DNA of 63,177 nucleotides, the filler included, from Babesia bigemina (taxonomy: Eukaryota), in assembly GCF_000981445.1 (NCBI RefSeq). It is 8 parts of 8 records of this genome, joined end to end, with 100 filler letters (N's around TTAATTAATTAA, not from the genome) between each part and the next. Parts side by side here need not be neighbours in the genome. Positions count along the whole stretch, not along the records: positions 5,711 to 13,142 come from NW_012237214.1; positions 13,243 to 16,539 come from NW_012237215.1; positions 16,640 to 29,939 come from NW_012237216.1; 5 more parts are not named here. One strand, written 5' to 3'. The position numbers were made by a program, and so were the translations under genes. This document shows positions 9,636 through 20,200 of the stretch, piece after piece; positions within the stretch are counted from its first letter, which is position 1, and each line of letters opens with the position of its first letter. The notes beneath the pieces were generated by a model, which was given only the letters and a program-made list of their open reading frames with translations, ran no database searches and had not been told where the DNA came from.

Positions 9636-12600
9636 TTGCAGGACATTGACTCCAAGTTGTCTCAGCTTGAAAAACTTAAAGAGAGTCTTGAAGGATTGAC
9701 TAAAAATGACAATTGCCAAAATCTTTTAGAGAATCTTTGTTCTGGCCTCGAAACTTTCCTCGGCTTCAACTCTGAGTCAAAAGGCTACGACGGCACTGGG
9801 ATTGTGTACTCTGACTTGGATAGGCTGTGTGACGGGGTGATGGGATTTTTGAGTGGAGTGCTTGGTGCGGTGAAAAACACTCAGACATACAATGTCGGTA
9901 AAAATACATTAAATTCGGTAAGTAATGAAATTAAGCAATATCTTTGCTCAGGGCACGAGGGTTTTAAAACGCTTTTCACCAAGTTGCCTGATCGCATCGC
10001 GGAGTATAACAGGGAAGTGCAGCGGTCTAACAATAGAGTTAGAAGCATTGTAACTACAATGCAGAGCAATATGAAGAACCTGGAAACGGAGGTGAGTGCA
10101 ATAACTATAGTTAATGCTGTTGCAGGAAAATCAATACAAATTGGGCAAGCGGAATGGTTAGTCAAGCAGAAGTTGGCGGACTGTTGGAAATATGTTGAGA
10201 CTTTTACCAGTAGTTTAGATATTAACACAAATTCCATTGATGATAGAAACGCGATTAATGACCTTAATAGTAGCTTACGTGAAAAAATCGAAAATGTACG
10301 TGTGACGATAGAGCATGAGAATAAGCGTCTCACTGAGCTGTCTAAAAAGGAAAGGGAGGAGTTAACGGCGACGAAAGATTTCCTTAATGAAGAGGTCGAG
10401 AAACTTAAGAAGCGTTTACATACGACAATTGATAAGCATATGAATGAACTGGTCGAGCATTTGAAGAAATTAGTGAGAGATATTCTCGTTCTGCTGGAGA
10501 GCCTTGGCAAAAAGTTTCGGGACTATGTAGAAGCACTACGGCAATGGATTGAAAAAACAGAGAGAGTCATGAATGACGCTGAGAAGCAGATTGATATAGT
10601 GTTGGGACACGCGAATGGAACTGAGAGCATATATGCGCAGCTAGTCAAATCAACAGCTGAGCAAATTGAGAAGGAAGCCGGATTGCTACACTTGGAGTTT
10701 GAGAATTTGAAAGACAAGTATATTGACGTATATGAGAAAGTGCATGGAGCAGAAGGAGCGGCGAAAAAACTCGCAACGTTTCATGAGACCGTTAAGCAGA
10801 GCGTTCAGAACAAAAAGTGGAGTGATTTTCAAAAAGGTGCAAATAGTGGGTGGGATTTACAAGAAATAGATAAGTATAAGCAGAATCTTGAAGAGGCAAT
10901 TGAGGGATGTGTTAAAATAGAATTGCCAAATAAAATCCGTGATGCGCTTTTTAATTTGACCAATCCAATTACCACGCAGAGTGGCAAACCGTGTTCACTC
11001 GCTGACATAGTTAAGCAAATAGGGACGTATGCTTCAGGGTTTGAAAACAGATTTAGAATCGCCATTGAGAACATGGTTGGAGAAATTGTTGAGAGTGAAG
11101 GTATTAAGAAGTGGGTCGCATTGTATGTTAAATCAAATGTGGCTAGAGGGCAGTTGAGAGCAAATGGGCCTCACTCTGATGCGCAAAATCTGAATACTGC
11201 CATAGCGATTGTGAAAGATAAAATAACGAGTGAGATGAAGAGTGTTGTTCAGCGTGTGGTAGTAAGCGAACAAGATGTTAAAAGTAATATGGAAGCTGTA
11301 CAACAGTGCCTTGTCACTTTGGCTACCACTGACGTGGCAGCTATGGGTCCAAGAATCATACAGCAAATAGATCAGGAAGTTAAACAGAAAATCAGGATAG
11401 ATCCGTCTCACACCAAAACCTATCTTACATGGGCTGTCTCAACGGTCTTAGACCTACTTACAAAAGCTACCAATAAAGCAGCTACGGAACTTGGTCAGTT
11501 TACACGGACGTCGCAAATTGAGAAGTTGAGTGATAGTATAAGCGGTATTCACGGACTGGCCCAGAATCTTTCTATGCAGATTGCCCCGGGAAACGGTACG
11601 CTCGGCAGTCTAGGTCACCATATTGTATAATTTGTTAAAAGAGAAAGTCAACGACAATTCAATAAAAAACTTTTTACGCGATCTTATCAAAGAGGCTGTA
11701 AGAAAAGGTGTGGATAAATTACAACATGAAATCCAGACGAACGTTATTACCGGAATTCTTAGTAAGATCGACAACAATCTCGAATCGCTTGAAAAACAAG
11801 CGCAAGCGGCAAGAGCAGGCATTGAAAGCCAAGCCAACATCGTAATCCGAAACCTCAATGAGCTCTGCGGCGCCATTAAACAAGCTGCTGAATACAGCAA
11901 GCAGAATTTGAAGAAATTAAAAGACGAACGCTTCAAACAATACACTAATGGAGCTGGGAATGCAAACGACAGCATCAAAAAAATCTTCACTGAACTTGGC
12001 GATCTGCACAGCGAACTTGTAGCTAAGCCCATACACAAGGTCAAGGAATTCCTCCAAAAAGGAGCCAAACAAGCCGAAGATTACTACGCTAGATATTTAA
12101 AACGAGAGTCGGATAAAGAAGTCGAAAAATTCAAAAACCTTATATACCTTCACGCCCAGATGCAGTACGGTGCCGCAGTGAAGAGCTTTTTGCAGGCGTT
12201 TCATAAAAAGGCAACGGAACAGCTACAACCTTTGCCGGACGAAATCGATAGGGACAGGTACAGAGGTTATAAAGGTTTCATGAGATACTTCCAGGAGGGA
12301 ATTGTGAATAATCTTAAGAGTTACGAAAAAGTCGAAGTGCTGTCATCTAACTTCCTTAGCTGCTTCAGCACCGTCACCACCTACGTCAACGACGAAATTC
12401 AAAGAGAACATAAGGAGAATAACAAAAAGAAAAATCCTGCACCTTCGGGCTCTGAAACCGTAAATACTGATAAACTCAAAATGTTATTCGATTCACTGAG
12501 CGATCTTCTCAATCACATTACCGAGAGGAAGCGGTACGATTACAAGGTGCCACAAAAACTCGACGCACTTGAATCAGCGACATTAAAGCTGAAACCAGAC

Positions 12601-13142
12601 GGCTATGATAATCCGAATACTGCAGTTTTAGATAGCATTGGTTCCGGACTTTTGCCGTTCATTAGAGAACTGAAAAAGGTCTACATATCGGCCTATGATA
12701 GTGAGAAGTTTACCGGCGATCTTCTTGACGCTAGGCACGAAATCAGTCCCGATAGAGATGACTGGATTGTTAATCTAACTAGCTACGGTAAGCAGTGCTC
12801 GAAGGTTTTCCTAAGCGCACTAGAGATTCTGAACTACGATTTACATCACTTGAAACAAGAATGTAACAGTACAGATGGCGCGTGTAGAGACACTCTTATT
12901 TACGAAGGGGTTGGAGATGAAATCAACGAACTCGGTCGCCTCTTGAAGAATTGCGGTTTTACCATTCCTAGTAACGACGGTCGGAAGCAAGATGGCGAAT
13001 TGAGATGGTCTTCAAAAATGATCGGTGAAGATATATTTAAGAAGCTCATAACAGTAGTTCCCTCCGCAAAAGCAAATTCGCATCTTAATTCTTGTATATC
13101 CGAAAAACCGAACAATAATGTCCTAGTTGTTATTCAATGTCT
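9636..13142 (+). pseudogene. ves1: VESA1-family gene split by a frameshift near 11623-11630 and cut by gap
   Basis: ORF 9636-11630 has GIVYSDLDRLCDGVMGFLSG. Overlapping ORF 11623+ continues with ves mid-region sequence (RYDYKVPQKLD, DGELRWSSKMIG) similar to the gene at 2974-5610. A sequencing error cannot be excluded. Confidence 0.7.
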
Positions 13143-13242
13143 NNNNNNNNNNNNNNNNNNNNNNNNNNNNNNNNNNNNNNNNNNNNTTAATTAATTAANN
13201 NNNNNNNNNNNNNNNNNNNNNNNNNNNNNNNNNNNNNNNNNN
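13143..13242. other. Artificial contig linker
   Basis: N44-TTAATTAATTAA-N44. Confidence 0.99.
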
Positions 13243-13370
13243 TTTGCGAGTTCCAGTGACCCGTGGGAAGAGCCTCACGCTACACATTTAGCAGCACAGA
13301 CAGCCAATAGTAATGGCATATCGCAACTCTGTAGCCGAACGTAGCTGCTCTGGCCTTTGGCATATCTAGA

Positions 13371-15817
13371 ATGATTACCAGGAAGGCGATGTGCAGGCGC
13401 GCGTGGCGCGGTGGCTGCCACGCCTCCGCGCTAGCAACTCGGCGCTACAGCGGCCTGGCGAATTCCGTCAGCCTGGAAGTGGCGCGCGCCTGTAGCCTCT
13501 GGGCGAGGAGGGAGCCCAGGGTGGTGGCTGGCAAGAACTCGGCTGGCAGCGACATCATGCTCCTGGCTGCCAGACACCTCGGACTCCCGGATTCCGAGCA
13601 GCTATGGCGACTCTCACCGCAGTCCCGGCAGGGCAGGTTGCCCAGCGTGGTCAGCCATACGAAAATAGTCTACCAGGATGCCGTTGCCGGCGACCGCGAC
13701 GGACAGCATAACGACATATGGCTGGGCCACGCAAGATACCGTAGCTACATTGCCCTCACGATGCACGGGCCCTCGGGAGTAGGCGGTTTGGACTGGTGGG
13801 CAGGCCTGGGTGACAAGGCTGCCACGTTGGAGGCAGGGAGTGCGTTGATTCGTTAATGCGTAGCGACGCCACCAGCGGTGAAGGGGTCAACCATGCGGAG
13901 GGCGACCCAACGTCGCGCACGGACACCACGATATTCGTGTATCCCTACTCCAGAAAAAGCTCGCAGCTAATCGTGGAGACGCTGAATAAGCATCGCAAGG
14001 GGCTGACGGAAACGGATATACGCAGCCTTATCTACCTATGCGGTTCCACCGGCAGCAGCAGGGCGCTGAGGTTCCTGGGCCAGCTGATACGCGAACAGTG
14101 CAGAGGTAAAGAAACTGCAAGCGCCATCCATCGCGTGGAGGAGCATGCGTGGCCCTGGATGAACCACGGCTCGATGGACAACGTTGCCCAGATAGGGGTA
14201 CCCGTAGTGCTCGACGCACTGGCCAGCGCCGCGATAATACAGTACACCTTCGAAAAGGAGAGTGCCGTTTTCGACTACATAGGCTCCCAGTTGCAGAAGC
14301 TCGATGCGAAGATAAAGGAGGAAGGCGCGGCCGTGGCTGACGAGGTCAAGGCACTGGACGAGGCGGTACTCAGCCGCGTGGTTAACCTGCTGGTGCTCAA
14401 GAGGAACCTGTCGCAGTTCAACAGCGACCACATCAGGGTATTCAGCGATTTCATCTGCGACCGGTTGCACCGAATTGACCCCAGAAGCGTCGCCAACATC
14501 GCCTTCTCTCTCGGGCACTCCAAGCACCTCGACGAGTTCTGGATGTTCATGATGGCGAAGCGCATACAGATTCGCCGCACGAGTTCGGGCCCGACGAAGT
14601 TGCGGCGATCATGGATGCATACAGCAACGCCTGTCTGGAGGACCACGAGTTCTACGCGACGCTCTGCAAGCAGGTCGCCGACAACTTCGAGCACCACAAC
14701 TTGCAGCACCTCACCGTGATCCTGAGGGCGCTGGCACGCGTGCGTGTGCGGGACGAGTGGCTGCTGGAAAACACGCTGAACCGGCTTCAGGCCCACCTGA
14801 AGGAACGGGAAAACCTAAGCGACGACAAGGGCACGGGCCGCGAGCTCGCCTACATGACGGCGAACTGCGTCGTTGCCGCTGGAGACCTTGGCTACGTTGG
14901 CAACTGCAATTTCGATGTCATGTGGAGGCTGCTCACCACCAGGATCAGGGATTCCTCGTTCGACATCTGCGCAATCAACTGGCTGCCGCTGGCCGCCATG
15001 ACCTTCGCCAGCAGGACCACGCTGCAGACGTTCATGCCCGTCTGGCTCAGGCACGTCCTCCACACCATACAGAAGCTGAGGTCGAAAACGTTCGTGCTCA
15101 CGATACAGCGGAGGCACCACCTTGTGCGGCACGTGTTCAGGCTGGGGATATTGCCTCCACAACTGCTCCCGAGACACGCCCAAAGCATCCTCGACGACAT
15201 CTGCGACCGCGAATACGTAAGTTTTACATCTTAAATGCATGAATGTATGCGGAATATGTGATATGTTCTCGTGTGGCGGTGGAATCTGAGTGAGTGAGTG
15301 AGTGAGTGAGTGAGTGCCGGTGTGTTGCATGTGCCTCAATGCGCAATGGGTAGTTGGAACGGTCAGTGTCGTATGGGAATATTCGGCACCTCCGTACGCT
15401 GTATATCAGCTGCGCTGTGTTCATTGTGGCGGCGGTCATTAGTGCGCTACTCTGGTGCGCGATGCGTCACCCGTACCAGGAGTTCGTCGTGACTCCTCCG
15501 TGGTGAACGAATGCAAGACGCCGTTCCCAGCTGACCAATGCAGGTGGACAAGCAGTGAAGGCGATGTGTGATACGTGCTTAACACTGGTGCGTAGCCAAT
15601 GTGTTGGTTTGTTAACCGTTTTGGCGTCTCGCTGAATGCAACCGTCGGAACGAAGCCCCAAAATGCGCAGGTCACGGGGAAGGTGCCGGAGGAGTACGTC
15701 CCAGAGAGCTCCACGTTTCACCTGGAGGTATGCGCCTGTCTACGCGCCCTGGACGTGGCGCACCAGAGGGAAATCAATATCGTACCCTTCGTCATGGACA
15801 TCGTCGTGCCGCCAAAG
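13371..15817 (+). CDS. Probable helical-repeat (HPR/FASTK-like) RNA-binding protein with RAP-like C-terminal motif; multi-exon, boundaries uncertain
   Basis: Repeats such as PRSVANIAFSLGHSK, PDEVAAIMDAYSNA and LQHLTVILRALARV span ORFs 13856-14719 and 14611-15234 (apparent 1-nt deletion ~14570). A phase-0 GTAAGT(15217)..GCAG(15670) intron would join them to SSTFHLEVCACLRALDVAHQREINIVPFVMDIVVP. Linkage of the Arg-rich ORF at 13371 is uncertain. Confidence 0.5.
15287..15316 (+). repeat. (TGAG)7 microsatellite within the putative intron
   Basis: Direct reading. Confidence 0.9.
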
Positions 15818-16027
15818 GTGAGAAACCACGCGAATGCGCAGACATATGCGCACAGAAAGAGTACAGCATCAAGCCGCCACAAATATGCGAAGCACACAGA
15901 CTGTCTGACAAGGTCAGAAGCGGGCATACCGACGAACTCAGCGCCGCCGGGTTCAGACTCAAGTACACACGACACTCACCCAACCACCGCAAACGCAAGC
16001 AGGAAATCTACGTCTACGACAAAAACG

Positions 16028-16440
16028 ATGGATGAAATCGAATCGTATCGCAACAGGCACCATCAGGCCTACCTCGCGCGCAAAAGCGCCGACGAGAAGG
16101 CCCAGGCACGCGAGACGCATAGCCAGCGCCCCGCGCCAGCTGCAGACTGCGGAATCACGCCGCCAGCGCAACAGCCGCATCAGACGGTGGGCTACGGCGA
16201 GCAACCTGTCGTCAAGGGCGAGATTCCGCAAGGTTACGACTACATGGATTACGAGGGGGACCCAATGTACGAGTCGTCCGTGGCTCTCGCGCGCCGACTC
16301 CAGGAGGAGCTCAACGGGCCGCAGCCGCAGCGAGATGAGGTGCGGCCGCCGGACTCAGTCTACCAGGAGCGCATGATCAGTTCGGAAAACGAGGATGACG
16401 ATCTGCAGGCAGCCATCGCAAATCGCTCATCGACATGTAG
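16028..16440 (+). CDS. Small hypothetical protein with C-terminal ubiquitin-interacting-motif-like end
   Basis: Reads MDEIESYRNRHHQAYL...SVALARRLQEEL...EDDDLQAAIA. Adding one A in the run near 16420 gives KSLIDM* (TAG 16438-16440), a UIM-like ending. Confidence 0.5.
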
Positions 16441-16482
16441 CCACCACGGCGTCGACAGGCACGGACACACATGCATCCCTAC

Positions 16483-16539
16483 GTGGGATCCTCTAGAGTC
16501 GACCTGCAGGCATGCAAGCTTGAGTATTCTATAGTCTCA
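16483..16539 (+). other. pCC1FOS-type vector: half Eco72I site (GTG) + BamHI-XbaI-SalI-PstI-SphI-HindIII polylinker
   Basis: Sequence GTGGGATCCTCTAGAGTCGACCTGCAGGCATGCAAGCTTGAGTATTCTATAGTCTCA marks an insert/vector junction. Confidence 0.95.
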
Positions 16540-16639
16540 NNNNNNNNNNNNNNNNNNNNNNNNNNNNNNNNNNNNNNNNNNNNTTAATTAATTAANNNNN
16601 NNNNNNNNNNNNNNNNNNNNNNNNNNNNNNNNNNNNNNN
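16540..16639. other. Artificial contig linker
   Basis: N44-TTAATTAATTAA-N44. Confidence 0.99.
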
Positions 16640-16975
16640 CGGCAGCGATGACATGGTTACGGCAGCGATGACAGTGGTGACTTAAGTGGCTGATTATAAT
16701 CCACTGCACATCGCCCCTTAACCCACTCCACATCGCTCCTTTATCCACTCCACATCGCCCTTAACCCACTCCACATCGCCCCTTTATCCACTCTACATCG
16801 CCCCTTAACCCACTCTACATCGCTCCTTCACCTCCTGTAATCGCTCCCTAACCCACTCTACATCGCCCCTTTATCCACTCCACATCGCTCCCTAACCCAC
16901 TCTACATCGCCCCTTTACCCACTCTACATCGCCCCTTACCCACTCTACATCGCCCCTTACCCACTCTACATCGCT
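16640..16975 (-). repeat. End of 20-bp array (16640-16672) followed by ~22-bp satellite (16698-16975)
   Basis: Same units and order as 8843-9395. Confidence 0.93.
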
Positions 16976-17213
16976 CGAATTACCTCGCCATATTACCGCT
17001 ATGACCTTTATAAACCATCACAATAACTTGTGCCTTGTCACCCTTCACTTCCCTCTTCCACCTCTTGCCACTGCCATGTCCCATCATGTTCACCCTAACT
17101 CCAAATCTCTCGAATTACTTCGTCTTATTAACGCTATGACCTCCATAAATCCTTATAATAACTTGCTGATACTGACCATTCCATTACTGACGATGCTACT
17201 AGAAGAGCCTTGA
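16975..17213 (+). promoter_or_regulatory. Long-form ves leader with ORF 17001-17213 (MTFINHHNNLCLVTLHFP..), whose stop overlaps the ves ORF start in another frame
   Basis: ORF track plus homology to the other leaders. Confidence 0.55.
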
Positions 17214-20200
17214 AGGACATTGAGTCCAAGCTCATTAGCCTTGGTCACCTTGCTGGTCAACTTGGAGGATTTGTTGGTGAGAGTGAGAGTGTTAAGAAAG
17301 CCGTTAAGAAGGCTATTATCGCTGTTTTTGACATTAATCCGCACCTTAAAAATGACCTAAAAGATGTTTACTCTCCTTATGTTACTACCCTTTCTGAGTC
17401 TGTCAAGTCTGCTGACCAGGCTGTTGACACCCTAAAAATTAGTGAGCTAAAAAGTCAAGTAACTAGTCAAATCACTGAGATTAATATGCAACTTAATAAG
17501 CCTAATAACGTTCATAACTCTCTTCCTTCCCCCTCTCCCTCTGCTGACTCAGCCAAATTGCACTCCAAGTTGGAGGCTTTGAAGGAAGTGGAGAAGCTTT
17601 GTAATTTTTTGACTAATTTTAAAACTTATGATAATAATCCTAAAAAGCTTTTAGATAATCTATGTGACGGCCTTCAGACTTTTCTCGGCTTCGATCCATC
17701 TTCCAAAGGCTACACGGGCCAGGGCATTGTGTACTCTGACCTTGACAGGCTGTGTGACGGGGTGATGGGATTTTTGAGTGGTGTTCTCAGCAACGTCAAA
17801 GAGCATTTAGGGCAGCATAAAGAGACAATTACAACAGCAATTAAGTCACTTGAAACCAATAAACACGCCGGTAAAAAAGGTTTTAATGCTGCGATTGTGA
17901 AGGTGGTCGCAGGGGTGGGGAGGTATAATGATGGTGTAAGAGACAGTAATAAAAATATTAAGAATGCAATAATAAAATTACAAAATCATGTAAGTTCTTC
18001 ATTTGTAAATACCGTAAAAAATATATTACCCGAAAAAGACATCGATACTGCAGGTGCTCCAGTGATTCAAGCGGCCGAGAAATTCGTCGAACGCAAAGTG
18101 GAGGAATGCGAGAAAAATGCTTCGGCATTTAAAACGTCACTTGATAGCCAAACAGATAACATTACTAATCTTAATTCTAGTTTGCGTGATAAAGTAAATA
18201 GCGTAGTGAGCAGTGTAGAACATGAGAGGGTACGGCTCAGCAAGGTGGCGGCCAAGGAGAGGAACATTCATGAGGCGACGACTGTCAAAATTAATGAAGC
18301 GCTCCTGAAGTGTGGTAGCTGCATCAATGAAAAAATTCAGAGGGATGTGGAGAAACTTATCTCGGATTTCAAGGCTGCCGTTCGGGTGATTAAGGACAAG
18401 CTAGAAGAAATAAACAAGAATTTAAAAAATTACGTTAACGAGTTGTATAAATGGATGAACGAGACAAACTCTATCGTGAATAGGACAGGCAAAAATGTGA
18501 TTGAAATTATAAATGGAAGTGTCGGCTATGAGAACCAAGAATGGATTAAGCATAAAGCGAAGGAGTTGCTAGACTGGAGAAGCACTATTGGAGGATATGT
18601 CGTTGACGTCACAGAGATGGCTAAAAATGTAAACGACGCCGTGACGGAGCTAGGCAAACAGTTTGATGATCAAAACACAATTAATAACATTTTCGACAAA
18701 ATTAAACATCAAGTTGCAGATATAGAGGGGCATGTTGGTGAATCTATTGGGGCAGGATCCGCCAGCGGGGCGGATGGAAGTGTACAACAGAACTGGGATG
18801 CGCTGAAAAATAAGATTACGGGGCTCCTTGAGAATCTGTACACGACTAATGAAAGAGACCCGTTAAAATTGAATTTTATAGGTAAAATTCGTAAGGGTGT
18901 AACAGCATATGCTGCGAGCTTCAAAGATGGGGATCAAGGATTTGAGAAAATAGTTGGTGAGTGGGTGACGGATGTAATTAAGAGTAAGGCAGTGCATGGG
19001 TTACTCGATGAGTACGTAAAAGTCAACAAAAATGATAGTTATTTCAACGGTATGTTAAGTTATCGGGGCCATCCGGCTTTACTTAAAAGAGTCACCGAGA
19101 TTGTTACGCTACATGTGGCTGACAAATTGAAAAATATTAGGCCGTCAACGAATTTTCACGACACTCCCACTGTAGAAGGATACTTGTCATACGTTACCAG
19201 TTATCTGAATAGCTTTTCCAGTGATATAACAAACAAGGAGAAAGAAATAGTGGACACAATTGCAGAGTTCGTACATCTTCAGCCCGATGTGGTACTATCG
19301 GATCGCCAAGCAGGCCATAGGAGATATTATCTGGAGCTCGCCGTCAGATCGACGTTGTCGGCTCTCGCATCCATTGCAAAGCAAGTATCTGACCAGCTTA
19401 CCAAACTCGCTTATACTCATACAAATTTGGGAACTCGACTGAAGGGTTCCATAGCAAATGTCGAGAACATTGGCAAAGAAATAGCCGACGGCAACACCTT
19501 GGGTGGAAAAATTCAAGCAGCATTAGACAGCCTGCGGTCAGATATTAAGAAGCTGCACGGCCAACTTAATACTGCGACAAAAGTCGGCGTCAGTAATCTT
19601 GCCGGTAAACTGGATGAAGCAATCGCTGCCATCACCAAACGATCCATAGAAGTAACGGCCGAAGGCATCAACACAGCCTTCACAGAGATGTACACTAAAA
19701 TAACCGATAACCTCAAAGGCCTATTGAAAGCGCTTGAGCTAGCCGGCAATGCTATACATGGTCAATTGCTAACTCTTAACGATAAAATCGGGAATAGCAC
19801 CGGAGGCAGGGTTGTCGACGGCAGTCTACAAGATCTTTATAATAGACTAAGTGAGCTGCAGAGCACTCTGGAAAAAGATCCGCTCACAAAAGCGCGGGCA
19901 TTCGAAAAACACGCCGACAAGCTACGCGAGCAACATACCAAATCCCTCAACCAACACGTCAACAACACTGTAAAGCAAACCAAGGAAGAGCTCATCAAAC
20001 AGGCGCGGAAGAACTACGTCGTTACCATGCAGTTATTGATTGAACAGTTTGCCGAGAGAGTCACCAGTGACTTGCATGGCTTGCCTGGACTCATTGACGC
20101 AGACCTAGAGCAGGGGCACAAGGGGTTCATGCGGAAAGTACATGAGTACTTTTTACTTAAGATCGACGACATTGAATCCATCTCGCCGACGTCTTTCACC

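Noticed and set aside
15599..16534. 311-aa ORF as a single protein
   Set aside because: It fuses a probable exon, intergenic DNA, a separate small gene and the vector polylinker (WDPLESTCRHASLSIL).
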